DNA of 63,442 nt, filler included, from Stramenopiles sp. TOSAG23-6 (GCA_900128565.1; 24 parts of 24 records of this genome joined end to end with filler, not necessarily neighbours in it), one strand, 5' to 3'. Counted from the whole stretch's first letter, positions 1 through 16,000 are shown. The notes: generated by a model from the sequence alone, not told the origin. Program-made: numbers and translations.

Positions 1-52
1 TACAAAATTTCGTACGAAAAAAAAATCGAATTTGAAAAAAAATAAAACATAC

Positions 53-1195
53 ATCGCCAGAATAACTTTCTCTTGTATGTAATGAGCCTCCTCTAAATAT
101 GTATATAGTTGGATATGCACGAACACTATGTTGACGACAGAAAGTTTGATTTTCATCACAATTGACTTTCCCCAGAACAGCTGGACCACTTTTTGGTATA
201 GTTTTTCTTACTTCATTTGCAGCTGCTTTCCATATTGGTTCTAACCGTTGACACCAGTGACACCACGGCGCATAGAAATTTACCATAACCGTATCAGCAC
301 TATGAAGAAATGTTGAAAAATTTTTAGAACTAATTTCTTTTGACTCTTCGTAAGCCGAGTCTGTATGAATTGGATGATCTTCAGGGAGTACTTGGTGTTC
401 TCCAGCATGAGGTATGATATGTCGTTCTTGATTTTCCACAACAATTTTAACCGCAGTTTCATGCAATTCAGATTTTTCTACCCCTCCAAGAGAAGATGAA
501 AGAATTTCTTCTGTTAGTTCAGGTAAATGAATATCATGCTTTGCTTCTTCTCCAATGCTACTACTTAGGAGCTTCCGCGAACTTCCAATAGGGTTAGGTG
601 AAAGTCGCACGGACGCGAGGATATTATCATCGGTATATAACTTGCCCTTTGAATCAGAATGTACCATGTTTCTAGGTTCATTTAGACGTTTTTTTGTGCC
701 TTCTTTTTGATGAGGATTTTTCCAGCTCAAAAGTTTTTTTCCGCTCCCCCTGGAGCCACGTTTAGTCGGATTTGATTTAGTTGTAGTGAGAATATCTTCC
801 CCACCAAAAGTTTTACTACCGGCGCGGTTAACGTACTCGTCAATATCATACTTGAGTACACCAAACAAATCATAGTAATCAATACTTAAATATTCGCAAG
901 GAAGCTTCGTAAAGGTGACATTGAAGTTAATTGTGAGATCATGTTCTAAAGACGTACCTTCTTTGGTAGGGTGAAATAAAAAGAATTCCTGTTTTATAGA
1001 GGTAGTCATATAATCTGCATATTGACCCAAAGCAAGGTAAATACATAATGCAATTCCTAAAAAAGAGAATCCCGCGCCATACCAAGTAGACACTTGGGCT
1101 TCACGGTCAACGCGAGGGAACCAATCAAGGGGACGCATGAAGCCCAGAAAACCTCCTTGAGGAGATTTTACTGTAAGAGGTTGTGCATCGGACAT
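53..1195 (-). CDS. PDI-C / ERGIC (Erv41/46-like) protein with thioredoxin domain, 5' exon; repeated at +2657 steps
   Basis: ERGIC N-terminal motifs (LDWFPRV, TM helix, INFNVTFTKLPCEYLSID) plus thioredoxin FYAPWCHWC; interrupted by a family intron at 52. Confidence 0.85.
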
Positions 1196-1539
1196 TATAT
1201 ATGCTAGGAATAATAGCTGTCACAGTAATATAGGCTATGTTTGATGATTTTGATCTACTAGATGATCAATGTTGCGATGATGCTCCTCAAAATTTATTTG
1301 AAATTTTTATCGCATTTTTATCGATTTCGATTTTGGAAATATTCCGATTTCGTGTTTTTTAATTCGAATTTGGTTGTCTCTCTCTCTCTCTCCACGTCAC
1401 GTAGACGAAAGAAGAAATACAATTAGGTACTATTGCATTACTCATTTTTGAAGCACTATAGCAATAATGCATGATTGATTTTATCAGTTTATATTTTGCG
1501 GCAAGACTTGGATAAAGTTGTGTCTTGTAAATCTATAGT

Positions 1540-2557
1540 ATGCCAGAGTTTAAGTCAAAGAGGAAAAGAACAGGAGTGGTTTCCAGTCCTTGGGTTAGCG
1601 AAGAAGTCGCGCTACTTGTGAAATTACATTCAAAATATCAAAAAGAACAAAGTCGGGCTGCACATCTACATGAAATAACATCTGTTATAAATGAGACTTT
1701 CAGTAGGAGTCGCACAAAAAGAAGTGTCGAAGCTAAGCTTGATCGTTTAGCTGCAACGTTTGGTCCTGAATTCATCTTAGAAGAAAAGTGTGTGGATTTC
1801 GTTCAAACAAGTATAAACTCTGAAAGCAGCCACATAAAATGGCAAACTGATGAAACAGAATACCTAAATAAAATTCTTTTAAATGTCCAAAATATTGATT
1901 GGAAAAAAAGTGTAGATTTGGTGAATTCTCGTTTCGGACATTCGCGGACGATCAAAGCAATCAAGAGAAAATTTCAATCCATACTTGACAAAAAAAGACA
2001 AAAAAACTCTGCAGTACAACATAAAAGCAAAACATTTCAATCCTCACTTGAAACACGAAATAAAAAGACTCGATCATGTACCAAAGAAGAGCTTGTAACA
2101 AGTAGTAGTAGTTGTAGTAGTTCAAAATTGGCTTCAAGTAGTCTTAACAACGTGAAAGTTGGTACGGATTCAACTTTGAATCTACAAGGTGCCAACCCTG
2201 TGATGAATACTAGGCGTTCTTCTAGGACACGGCGAAGTACAAAAACATTTGAAGACACTATATTTGAAGCTTCACTTAAAAGAGCGTTACATATATCAAA
2301 AACTGAATCAAAACGAAAAAAAAGAAAATTATCGAAAGTACTCAAAAAGGATATAACGACTCGAAACACGACTACAGAACAATATTCATTAAGTAAAAAA
2401 AAAACGCGCAAACATCCTGCAGCTACAAAAAACGTAAAAATAGATAAAAATACTGTTGCTACCAGAAAAGTTATACTAGGCAAAATAAAAGGAGGTGAAT
2501 CAAAAAAAACTTCAGTCTTGAAAAAAACTTCAGTCTTGAAAAAAACTTCAGTCTTGA
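1540..2557 (+). CDS. Basic putative nuclear protein with two Myb/SANT-like repeats, 3'-truncated; repeated at +2657 steps
   Basis: W..EE..LL / W..DE...L repeats with RT..S/A...K; Lys/Arg-rich tail. Confidence 0.6.
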
Positions 2558-2657
2558 NNNNNNNNNNNNNNNNNNNNNNNNNNNNNNNNNNNNNNNNNNN
2601 NTTAATTAATTAANNNNNNNNNNNNNNNNNNNNNNNNNNNNNNNNNNNNNNNNNNNN
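2558..2657. other. Artificial contig linker N44-TTAATTAATTAA-N44; 23 occurrences, last near 60851
   Basis: Same 100-nt string with stop codons in all six frames at every junction. Confidence 0.97.
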
Positions 2658-5600
2658 TACAAAATTTCGTACGAAAAAAAAATCGAATTTGAAAAAAAAT
2701 AAAACATACATCGCCAGAATAACTTTCTCTTGTATGTAATGAGCCTCCTCTAAATATGTATATAGTTGGATATGCACGAACACTATGTTGACGACAGAAA
2801 GTTTGATTTTCATCACAATTGACTTTCCCCAGAACAGCTGGACCACTTTTTGGTATAGTTTTTCTTACTTCATTTGCAGCTGCTTTCCATATTGGTTCTA
2901 ACCGTTGACACCAGTGACACCACGGCGCATAGAAATTTACCATAACCGTATCAGCACTATGAAGAAATGTTGAAAAATTTTTAGAACTAATTTCTTTTGA
3001 CTCTTCGTAAGCCGAGTCTGTATGAATTGGATGATCTTCAGGGAGTACTTGGTGTTCTCCAGCATGAGGTATGATATGTCGTTCTTGATTTTCCACAACA
3101 ATTTTAACCGCAGTTTCATGCAATTCAGATTTTTCTACCCCTCCAAGAGAAGATGAAAGAATTTCTTCTGTTAGTTCAGGTAAATGAATATCATGCTTTG
3201 CTTCTTCTCCAATGCTACTACTTAGGAGCTTCCGCGAACTTCCAATAGGGTTAGGTGAAAGTCGCACGGACGCGAGGATATTATCATCGGTATATAACTT
3301 GCCCTTTGAATCAGAATGTACCATGTTTCTAGGTTCATTTAGACGTTTTTTTGTGCCTTCTTTTTGATGAGGATTTTTCCAGCTCAAAAGTTTTTTTCCG
3401 CTCCCCCTGGAGCCACGTTTAGTCGGATTTGATTTAGTTGTAGTGAGAATATCTTCCCCACCAAAAGTTTTACTACCGGCGCGGTTAACGTACTCGTCAA
3501 TATCATACTTGAGTACACCAAACAAATCATAGTAATCAATACTTAAATATTCGCAAGGAAGCTTCGTAAAGGTGACATTGAAGTTAATTGTGAGATCATG
3601 TTCTAAAGACGTACCTTCTTTGGTAGGGTGAAATAAAAAGAATTCCTGTTTTATAGAGGTAGTCATATAATCTGCATATTGACCCAAAGCAAGGTAAATA
3701 CATAATGCAATTCCTAAAAAAGAGAATCCCGCGCCATACCAAGTAGACACTTGGGCTTCACGGTCAACGCGAGGGAACCAATCAAGGGGACGCATGAAGC
3801 CCAGAAAACCTCCTTGAGGAGATTTTACTGTAAGAGGTTGTGCATCGGACATTATATATGCTAGGAATAATAGCTGTCACAGTAATATAGGCTATGTTTG
3901 ATGATTTTGATCTACTAGATGATCAATGTTGCGATGATGCTCCTCAAAATTTATTTGAAATTTTTATCGCATTTTTATCGATTTCGATTTTGGAAATATT
4001 CCGATTTCGTGTTTTTTAATTCGAATTTGGTTGTCTCTCTCTCTCTCTCCACGTCACGTAGACGAAAGAAGAAATACAATTAGGTACTATTGCATTACTC
4101 ATTTTTGAAGCACTATAGCAATAATGCATGATTGATTTTATCAGTTTATATTTTGCGGCAAGACTTGGATAAAGTTGTGTCTTGTAAATCTATAGTATGC
4201 CAGAGTTTAAGTCAAAGAGGAAAAGAACAGGAGTGGTTTCCAGTCCTTGGGTTAGCGAAGAAGTCGCGCTACTTGTGAAATTACATTCAAAATATCAAAA
4301 AGAACAAAGTCGGGCTGCACATCTACATGAAATAACATCTGTTATAAATGAGACTTTCAGTAGGAGTCGCACAAAAAGAAGTGTCGAAGCTAAGCTTGAT
4401 CGTTTAGCTGCAACGTTTGGTCCTGAATTCATCTTAGAAGAAAAGTGTGTGGATTTCGTTCAAACAAGTATAAACTCTGAAAGCAGCCACATAAAATGGC
4501 AAACTGATGAAACAGAATACCTAAATAAAATTCTTTTAAATGTCCAAAATATTGATTGGAAAAAAAGTGTAGATTTGGTGAATTCTCGTTTCGGACATTC
4601 GCGGACGATCAAAGCAATCAAGAGAAAATTTCAATCCATACTTGACAAAAAAAGACAAAAAAACTCTGCAGTACAACATAAAAGCAAAACATTTCAATCC
4701 TCACTTGAAACACGAAATAAAAAGACTCGATCATGTACCAAAGAAGAGCTTGTAACAAGTAGTAGTAGTTGTAGTAGTTCAAAATTGGCTTCAAGTAGTC
4801 TTAACAACGTGAAAGTTGGTACGGATTCAACTTTGAATCTACAAGGTGCCAACCCTGTGATGAATACTAGGCGTTCTTCTAGGACACGGCGAAGTACAAA
4901 AACATTTGAAGACACTATATTTGAAGCTTCACTTAAAAGAGCGTTACATATATCAAAAACTGAATCAAAACGAAAAAAAAGAAAATTATCGAAAGTACTC
5001 AAAAAGGATATAACGACTCGAAACACGACTACAGAACAATATTCATTAAGTAAAAAAAAAACGCGCAAACATCCTGCAGCTACAAAAAACGTAAAAATAG
5101 ATAAAAATACTGTTGCTACCAGAAAAGTTATACTAGGCAAAATAAAAGGAGGTGAATCAAAAAAAACTTCAGTCTTGAAAAAAACTTCAGTCTTGAAAAA
5201 AACTTCAGTCTTGANNNNNNNNNNNNNNNNNNNNNNNNNNNNNNNNNNNNNNNNNNNNTTAATTAATTAANNNNNNNNNNNNNNNNNNNNNNNNNNNNNN
5301 NNNNNNNNNNNNNNTACAAAATTTCGTACGAAAAAAAAATCGAATTTGAAAAAAAATAAAACATACATCGCCAGAATAACTTTCTCTTGTATGTAATGAG
5401 CCTCCTCTAAATATGTATATAGTTGGATATGCACGAACACTATGTTGACGACAGAAAGTTTGATTTTCATCACAATTGACTTTCCCCAGAACAGCTGGAC
5501 CACTTTTTGGTATAGTTTTTCTTACTTCATTTGCAGCTGCTTTCCATATTGGTTCTAACCGTTGACACCAGTGACACCACGGCGCATAGAAATTTACCAT

Positions 5601-8600
5601 AACCGTATCAGCACTATGAAGAAATGTTGAAAAATTTTTAGAACTAATTTCTTTTGACTCTTCGTAAGCCGAGTCTGTATGAATTGGATGATCTTCAGGG
5701 AGTACTTGGTGTTCTCCAGCATGAGGTATGATATGTCGTTCTTGATTTTCCACAACAATTTTAACCGCAGTTTCATGCAATTCAGATTTTTCTACCCCTC
5801 CAAGAGAAGATGAAAGAATTTCTTCTGTTAGTTCAGGTAAATGAATATCATGCTTTGCTTCTTCTCCAATGCTACTACTTAGGAGCTTCCGCGAACTTCC
5901 AATAGGGTTAGGTGAAAGTCGCACGGACGCGAGGATATTATCATCGGTATATAACTTGCCCTTTGAATCAGAATGTACCATGTTTCTAGGTTCATTTAGA
6001 CGTTTTTTTGTGCCTTCTTTTTGATGAGGATTTTTCCAGCTCAAAAGTTTTTTTCCGCTCCCCCTGGAGCCACGTTTAGTCGGATTTGATTTAGTTGTAG
6101 TGAGAATATCTTCCCCACCAAAAGTTTTACTACCGGCGCGGTTAACGTACTCGTCAATATCATACTTGAGTACACCAAACAAATCATAGTAATCAATACT
6201 TAAATATTCGCAAGGAAGCTTCGTAAAGGTGACATTGAAGTTAATTGTGAGATCATGTTCTAAAGACGTACCTTCTTTGGTAGGGTGAAATAAAAAGAAT
6301 TCCTGTTTTATAGAGGTAGTCATATAATCTGCATATTGACCCAAAGCAAGGTAAATACATAATGCAATTCCTAAAAAAGAGAATCCCGCGCCATACCAAG
6401 TAGACACTTGGGCTTCACGGTCAACGCGAGGGAACCAATCAAGGGGACGCATGAAGCCCAGAAAACCTCCTTGAGGAGATTTTACTGTAAGAGGTTGTGC
6501 ATCGGACATTATATATGCTAGGAATAATAGCTGTCACAGTAATATAGGCTATGTTTGATGATTTTGATCTACTAGATGATCAATGTTGCGATGATGCTCC
6601 TCAAAATTTATTTGAAATTTTTATCGCATTTTTATCGATTTCGATTTTGGAAATATTCCGATTTCGTGTTTTTTAATTCGAATTTGGTTGTCTCTCTCTC
6701 TCTCTCCACGTCACGTAGACGAAAGAAGAAATACAATTAGGTACTATTGCATTACTCATTTTTGAAGCACTATAGCAATAATGCATGATTGATTTTATCA
6801 GTTTATATTTTGCGGCAAGACTTGGATAAAGTTGTGTCTTGTAAATCTATAGTATGCCAGAGTTTAAGTCAAAGAGGAAAAGAACAGGAGTGGTTTCCAG
6901 TCCTTGGGTTAGCGAAGAAGTCGCGCTACTTGTGAAATTACATTCAAAATATCAAAAAGAACAAAGTCGGGCTGCACATCTACATGAAATAACATCTGTT
7001 ATAAATGAGACTTTCAGTAGGAGTCGCACAAAAAGAAGTGTCGAAGCTAAGCTTGATCGTTTAGCTGCAACGTTTGGTCCTGAATTCATCTTAGAAGAAA
7101 AGTGTGTGGATTTCGTTCAAACAAGTATAAACTCTGAAAGCAGCCACATAAAATGGCAAACTGATGAAACAGAATACCTAAATAAAATTCTTTTAAATGT
7201 CCAAAATATTGATTGGAAAAAAAGTGTAGATTTGGTGAATTCTCGTTTCGGACATTCGCGGACGATCAAAGCAATCAAGAGAAAATTTCAATCCATACTT
7301 GACAAAAAAAGACAAAAAAACTCTGCAGTACAACATAAAAGCAAAACATTTCAATCCTCACTTGAAACACGAAATAAAAAGACTCGATCATGTACCAAAG
7401 AAGAGCTTGTAACAAGTAGTAGTAGTTGTAGTAGTTCAAAATTGGCTTCAAGTAGTCTTAACAACGTGAAAGTTGGTACGGATTCAACTTTGAATCTACA
7501 AGGTGCCAACCCTGTGATGAATACTAGGCGTTCTTCTAGGACACGGCGAAGTACAAAAACATTTGAAGACACTATATTTGAAGCTTCACTTAAAAGAGCG
7601 TTACATATATCAAAAACTGAATCAAAACGAAAAAAAAGAAAATTATCGAAAGTACTCAAAAAGGATATAACGACTCGAAACACGACTACAGAACAATATT
7701 CATTAAGTAAAAAAAAAACGCGCAAACATCCTGCAGCTACAAAAAACGTAAAAATAGATAAAAATACTGTTGCTACCAGAAAAGTTATACTAGGCAAAAT
7801 AAAAGGAGGTGAATCAAAAAAAACTTCAGTCTTGAAAAAAACTTCAGTCTTGAAAAAAACTTCAGTCTTGANNNNNNNNNNNNNNNNNNNNNNNNNNNNN
7901 NNNNNNNNNNNNNNNTTAATTAATTAANNNNNNNNNNNNNNNNNNNNNNNNNNNNNNNNNNNNNNNNNNNNTACAAAATTTCGTACGAAAAAAAAATCGA
8001 ATTTGAAAAAAAATAAAACATACATCGCCAGAATAACTTTCTCTTGTATGTAATGAGCCTCCTCTAAATATGTATATAGTTGGATATGCACGAACACTAT
8101 GTTGACGACAGAAAGTTTGATTTTCATCACAATTGACTTTCCCCAGAACAGCTGGACCACTTTTTGGTATAGTTTTTCTTACTTCATTTGCAGCTGCTTT
8201 CCATATTGGTTCTAACCGTTGACACCAGTGACACCACGGCGCATAGAAATTTACCATAACCGTATCAGCACTATGAAGAAATGTTGAAAAATTTTTAGAA
8301 CTAATTTCTTTTGACTCTTCGTAAGCCGAGTCTGTATGAATTGGATGATCTTCAGGGAGTACTTGGTGTTCTCCAGCATGAGGTATGATATGTCGTTCTT
8401 GATTTTCCACAACAATTTTAACCGCAGTTTCATGCAATTCAGATTTTTCTACCCCTCCAAGAGAAGATGAAAGAATTTCTTCTGTTAGTTCAGGTAAATG
8501 AATATCATGCTTTGCTTCTTCTCCAATGCTACTACTTAGGAGCTTCCGCGAACTTCCAATAGGGTTAGGTGAAAGTCGCACGGACGCGAGGATATTATCA

Positions 8601-11600
8601 TCGGTATATAACTTGCCCTTTGAATCAGAATGTACCATGTTTCTAGGTTCATTTAGACGTTTTTTTGTGCCTTCTTTTTGATGAGGATTTTTCCAGCTCA
8701 AAAGTTTTTTTCCGCTCCCCCTGGAGCCACGTTTAGTCGGATTTGATTTAGTTGTAGTGAGAATATCTTCCCCACCAAAAGTTTTACTACCGGCGCGGTT
8801 AACGTACTCGTCAATATCATACTTGAGTACACCAAACAAATCATAGTAATCAATACTTAAATATTCGCAAGGAAGCTTCGTAAAGGTGACATTGAAGTTA
8901 ATTGTGAGATCATGTTCTAAAGACGTACCTTCTTTGGTAGGGTGAAATAAAAAGAATTCCTGTTTTATAGAGGTAGTCATATAATCTGCATATTGACCCA
9001 AAGCAAGGTAAATACATAATGCAATTCCTAAAAAAGAGAATCCCGCGCCATACCAAGTAGACACTTGGGCTTCACGGTCAACGCGAGGGAACCAATCAAG
9101 GGGACGCATGAAGCCCAGAAAACCTCCTTGAGGAGATTTTACTGTAAGAGGTTGTGCATCGGACATTATATATGCTAGGAATAATAGCTGTCACAGTAAT
9201 ATAGGCTATGTTTGATGATTTTGATCTACTAGATGATCAATGTTGCGATGATGCTCCTCAAAATTTATTTGAAATTTTTATCGCATTTTTATCGATTTCG
9301 ATTTTGGAAATATTCCGATTTCGTGTTTTTTAATTCGAATTTGGTTGTCTCTCTCTCTCTCTCCACGTCACGTAGACGAAAGAAGAAATACAATTAGGTA
9401 CTATTGCATTACTCATTTTTGAAGCACTATAGCAATAATGCATGATTGATTTTATCAGTTTATATTTTGCGGCAAGACTTGGATAAAGTTGTGTCTTGTA
9501 AATCTATAGTATGCCAGAGTTTAAGTCAAAGAGGAAAAGAACAGGAGTGGTTTCCAGTCCTTGGGTTAGCGAAGAAGTCGCGCTACTTGTGAAATTACAT
9601 TCAAAATATCAAAAAGAACAAAGTCGGGCTGCACATCTACATGAAATAACATCTGTTATAAATGAGACTTTCAGTAGGAGTCGCACAAAAAGAAGTGTCG
9701 AAGCTAAGCTTGATCGTTTAGCTGCAACGTTTGGTCCTGAATTCATCTTAGAAGAAAAGTGTGTGGATTTCGTTCAAACAAGTATAAACTCTGAAAGCAG
9801 CCACATAAAATGGCAAACTGATGAAACAGAATACCTAAATAAAATTCTTTTAAATGTCCAAAATATTGATTGGAAAAAAAGTGTAGATTTGGTGAATTCT
9901 CGTTTCGGACATTCGCGGACGATCAAAGCAATCAAGAGAAAATTTCAATCCATACTTGACAAAAAAAGACAAAAAAACTCTGCAGTACAACATAAAAGCA
10001 AAACATTTCAATCCTCACTTGAAACACGAAATAAAAAGACTCGATCATGTACCAAAGAAGAGCTTGTAACAAGTAGTAGTAGTTGTAGTAGTTCAAAATT
10101 GGCTTCAAGTAGTCTTAACAACGTGAAAGTTGGTACGGATTCAACTTTGAATCTACAAGGTGCCAACCCTGTGATGAATACTAGGCGTTCTTCTAGGACA
10201 CGGCGAAGTACAAAAACATTTGAAGACACTATATTTGAAGCTTCACTTAAAAGAGCGTTACATATATCAAAAACTGAATCAAAACGAAAAAAAAGAAAAT
10301 TATCGAAAGTACTCAAAAAGGATATAACGACTCGAAACACGACTACAGAACAATATTCATTAAGTAAAAAAAAAACGCGCAAACATCCTGCAGCTACAAA
10401 AAACGTAAAAATAGATAAAAATACTGTTGCTACCAGAAAAGTTATACTAGGCAAAATAAAAGGAGGTGAATCAAAAAAAACTTCAGTCTTGAAAAAAACT
10501 TCAGTCTTGAAAAAAACTTCAGTCTTGANNNNNNNNNNNNNNNNNNNNNNNNNNNNNNNNNNNNNNNNNNNNTTAATTAATTAANNNNNNNNNNNNNNNN
10601 NNNNNNNNNNNNNNNNNNNNNNNNNNNNTACAAAATTTCGTACGAAAAAAAAATCGAATTTGAAAAAAAATAAAACATACATCGCCAGAATAACTTTCTC
10701 TTGTATGTAATGAGCCTCCTCTAAATATGTATATAGTTGGATATGCACGAACACTATGTTGACGACAGAAAGTTTGATTTTCATCACAATTGACTTTCCC
10801 CAGAACAGCTGGACCACTTTTTGGTATAGTTTTTCTTACTTCATTTGCAGCTGCTTTCCATATTGGTTCTAACCGTTGACACCAGTGACACCACGGCGCA
10901 TAGAAATTTACCATAACCGTATCAGCACTATGAAGAAATGTTGAAAAATTTTTAGAACTAATTTCTTTTGACTCTTCGTAAGCCGAGTCTGTATGAATTG
11001 GATGATCTTCAGGGAGTACTTGGTGTTCTCCAGCATGAGGTATGATATGTCGTTCTTGATTTTCCACAACAATTTTAACCGCAGTTTCATGCAATTCAGA
11101 TTTTTCTACCCCTCCAAGAGAAGATGAAAGAATTTCTTCTGTTAGTTCAGGTAAATGAATATCATGCTTTGCTTCTTCTCCAATGCTACTACTTAGGAGC
11201 TTCCGCGAACTTCCAATAGGGTTAGGTGAAAGTCGCACGGACGCGAGGATATTATCATCGGTATATAACTTGCCCTTTGAATCAGAATGTACCATGTTTC
11301 TAGGTTCATTTAGACGTTTTTTTGTGCCTTCTTTTTGATGAGGATTTTTCCAGCTCAAAAGTTTTTTTCCGCTCCCCCTGGAGCCACGTTTAGTCGGATT
11401 TGATTTAGTTGTAGTGAGAATATCTTCCCCACCAAAAGTTTTACTACCGGCGCGGTTAACGTACTCGTCAATATCATACTTGAGTACACCAAACAAATCA
11501 TAGTAATCAATACTTAAATATTCGCAAGGAAGCTTCGTAAAGGTGACATTGAAGTTAATTGTGAGATCATGTTCTAAAGACGTACCTTCTTTGGTAGGGT

Positions 11601-13602
11601 GAAATAAAAAGAATTCCTGTTTTATAGAGGTAGTCATATAATCTGCATATTGACCCAAAGCAAGGTAAATACATAATGCAATTCCTAAAAAAGAGAATCC
11701 CGCGCCATACCAAGTAGACACTTGGGCTTCACGGTCAACGCGAGGGAACCAATCAAGGGGACGCATGAAGCCCAGAAAACCTCCTTGAGGAGATTTTACT
11801 GTAAGAGGTTGTGCATCGGACATTATATATGCTAGGAATAATAGCTGTCACAGTAATATAGGCTATGTTTGATGATTTTGATCTACTAGATGATCAATGT
11901 TGCGATGATGCTCCTCAAAATTTATTTGAAATTTTTATCGCATTTTTATCGATTTCGATTTTGGAAATATTCCGATTTCGTGTTTTTTAATTCGAATTTG
12001 GTTGTCTCTCTCTCTCTCTCCACGTCACGTAGACGAAAGAAGAAATACAATTAGGTACTATTGCATTACTCATTTTTGAAGCACTATAGCAATAATGCAT
12101 GATTGATTTTATCAGTTTATATTTTGCGGCAAGACTTGGATAAAGTTGTGTCTTGTAAATCTATAGTATGCCAGAGTTTAAGTCAAAGAGGAAAAGAACA
12201 GGAGTGGTTTCCAGTCCTTGGGTTAGCGAAGAAGTCGCGCTACTTGTGAAATTACATTCAAAATATCAAAAAGAACAAAGTCGGGCTGCACATCTACATG
12301 AAATAACATCTGTTATAAATGAGACTTTCAGTAGGAGTCGCACAAAAAGAAGTGTCGAAGCTAAGCTTGATCGTTTAGCTGCAACGTTTGGTCCTGAATT
12401 CATCTTAGAAGAAAAGTGTGTGGATTTCGTTCAAACAAGTATAAACTCTGAAAGCAGCCACATAAAATGGCAAACTGATGAAACAGAATACCTAAATAAA
12501 ATTCTTTTAAATGTCCAAAATATTGATTGGAAAAAAAGTGTAGATTTGGTGAATTCTCGTTTCGGACATTCGCGGACGATCAAAGCAATCAAGAGAAAAT
12601 TTCAATCCATACTTGACAAAAAAAGACAAAAAAACTCTGCAGTACAACATAAAAGCAAAACATTTCAATCCTCACTTGAAACACGAAATAAAAAGACTCG
12701 ATCATGTACCAAAGAAGAGCTTGTAACAAGTAGTAGTAGTTGTAGTAGTTCAAAATTGGCTTCAAGTAGTCTTAACAACGTGAAAGTTGGTACGGATTCA
12801 ACTTTGAATCTACAAGGTGCCAACCCTGTGATGAATACTAGGCGTTCTTCTAGGACACGGCGAAGTACAAAAACATTTGAAGACACTATATTTGAAGCTT
12901 CACTTAAAAGAGCGTTACATATATCAAAAACTGAATCAAAACGAAAAAAAAGAAAATTATCGAAAGTACTCAAAAAGGATATAACGACTCGAAACACGAC
13001 TACAGAACAATATTCATTAAGTAAAAAAAAAACGCGCAAACATCCTGCAGCTACAAAAAACGTAAAAATAGATAAAAATACTGTTGCTACCAGAAAAGTT
13101 ATACTAGGCAAAATAAAAGGAGGTGAATCAAAAAAAACTTCAGTCTTGAAAAAAACTTCAGTCTTGAAAAAAACTTCAGTCTTGANNNNNNNNNNNNNNN
13201 NNNNNNNNNNNNNNNNNNNNNNNNNNNNNTTAATTAATTAANNNNNNNNNNNNNNNNNNNNNNNNNNNNNNNNNNNNNNNNNNNNAAGCTAAACTGCTGC
13301 TTGACGAAATGTAAATTTTTGTGAAACAACGATAGTATAATAATGTCATTTCAATGCTATATTGACCGGATAGCAAATTTAAATTTTAATTTTTTGAAAT
13401 GTTTTAAAAAAAAATTAAAAAAAAATTGAAAAAAATAAAATCGCGCAGCTGATCGATCCATCAAAAACCCATCAAAATGAATGAAATGTTCACGTGAAAA
13501 AAAAAAGTTTTCTATTTATAGAGGAGGACCTAGCTAGCAGGTACGCTTGCTTCTTTGTTATACTTCTCAACTAATTAATAAGAGAAAGGTACAACGGTTG
13601 CT

Positions 13603-14661
13603 TTGGATGGAAACATTCAAAAATATACTTTTGACGAAAAACCTACGCATGAGCATAGGGGAACACCAAGGGGGAGCGTGGTCAGTGTAAAGATATCGAA
13701 CCAACGTGCAGAACTAACTGAGCTTATGCAAGCTTTAGAGGATGAGCTTCAGGACGATTCGAATAATAAAAAAGTTAGTATACCTTCTTCGGGTTCAAAA
13801 TTTGTAAAATCCCCTGGAATTACTTATGATGATGAAGAAATCGAGTGGCAACCCACGGAAGAAGATGAATTTGCATGTTTTTCACCACCAGCTACTGCAA
13901 GGATTTTACGCTGTGGTCGACCTGAAAATGTTCTAAAACATTCTGAAAACGAAAACAACAAAACTGTCCCGAAAACATTAGTAGAAGACATTGAAAATGA
14001 AAACAAAAAAAATATTCCGAATATTTCAAAAGAAATTAAATTTGAAGTGTTAGATCAGCGAAAACCAAATCCAGTGTCACCGTTTCATGAAAATACTAAA
14101 GAAATACTTGTAACATCACCACCTGTTCTGTCTACACCTAATACACCTCAACAAAAACTGATCACACCAGAGCTTGCCCTACTCAGAAAACCAAATAATT
14201 CAAATTTTGAAATATGTAAATCTAGTGATTCTGGAATACAAGACACCACAATAACAAAAGAGAAGATTTTGAATAATTCAATTCATAATTTACAATTACC
14301 ACCAGTTTTACATTTACTACGAGAAAAAACTAGTGATTTGAAATTAGTCAAAAATAATTCTATTTCGGATGATATTGTTCAAAATGTAAAATCAAATGAA
14401 GATATACACATCTACAGTCCATGTGTTCATGATATTGATGATACCGTAACATCTGATGATGATATAAATAATTCAATATTTTCTGAACCTGATTTAAATT
14501 TTCTTGTTGTAGAAGTTGGAGATTCTGAAAATGCGGATGAATTATTTGGTAGGAGTATGAAAGATCCTTGTGCGTTGTCAAATAAATATTCCTCAAATGA
14601 GGAGTCAGATAAAGATGATCTATTTGAAAAAAGACGACTCTCAAGGGTATTCCATCATTAG
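13603..14661 (+). CDS. Hypothetical low-complexity protein; start uncertain
   Basis: 352-codon ORF, no recognisable domain. Confidence 0.5.
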   Translation: MDGNIQKYTFDEKPTHEHRGTPRGSVVSVKISNQRAELTELMQALEDELQDDSNNKKVSIPSSGSKFVKSPGITYDDEEIEWQPTEEDEFACFSPPATARILRCGRPENVLKHSENENNKTVPKTLVEDIENENKKNIPNISKEIKFEVLDQRKPNPVSPFHENTKEILVTSPPVLSTPNTPQQKLITPELALLRKPNNSNFEICKSSDSGIQDTTITKEKILNNSIHNLQLPPVLHLLREKTSDLKLVKNNSISDDIVQNVKSNEDIHIYSPCVHDIDDTVTSDDDINNSIFSEPDLNFLVVEVGDSENADELFGRSMKDPCALSNKYSSNEESDKDDLFEKRRLSRVFHH

Positions 14662-14940
14662 CTACAGAATCTGATACCTACTAACTGATTACTGTATATA
14701 ACAAAATCCAAATAGGAAAAATCATCATATTTAGAAACACGAAATACGTACAAAAATTCATAATTAAATTTTTGATGATCGGTCAAAAAAAAAATGAAAA
14801 ATGCTTAAAAATCGAAAAAGAAAGTAGCCTCTTCATAATATTATAATATTATAAACTTGGAGATCAAAAATATTTTGAATGCTGTGATTTTGTTTTGATT
14901 TATTTGGGATTAATGTATTGCAGTGTATACTATTATTTAG

Positions 14941-15743
<803 letters not shown>

Positions 15744-15841
15744 GTATGTTTTATTTTTTTTCAAATTCGAATTTATTTTTCGTACGGAATTTTGTACCTA
15801 ACAAATTTAAGTTTTTTTTTTGAAATATTTTTCCAAAATAC
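15744..15841 (+). mobile_element. GT-AT introner-like intron, truncated by contig end
   Basis: AT|GTATGTTTT...GTACCTAAC...CCAAAATAC. Confidence 0.85.
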
Positions 15842-16000
15842 NNNNNNNNNNNNNNNNNNNNNNNNNNNNNNNNNNNNNNNNNNNNTTAATTAATTAANNN
15901 NNNNNNNNNNNNNNNNNNNNNNNNNNNNNNNNNNNNNNNNNAAATTTTGTACCTAACGGTTTTTTTAGAATTTTTTTTGAAATATTTTTCCAAAATACAT

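Larger units (their letters stand above)
1..13185. repeat. Five apparently identical copies of one 2557-bp contig (period 2657 bp including linker); dataset artefact
   Basis: Identical ORFs recur every 2657 bp, each copy separated by the artificial linker. Confidence 0.95.

Noticed and set aside
2602-2613. TTAATTAATTAA recurring about every 2.65 kb
   Set aside because: Synthetic six-frame stop spacer embedded in Ns; the periodicity reflects size-sorted contigs.
1-13285. Five-fold tandem amplification of a PDI/Myb gene pair
   Set aside because: The copies look identical, are truncated at the same bases and are separated by the artificial linker, so this is a redundant contig and not a biological array.
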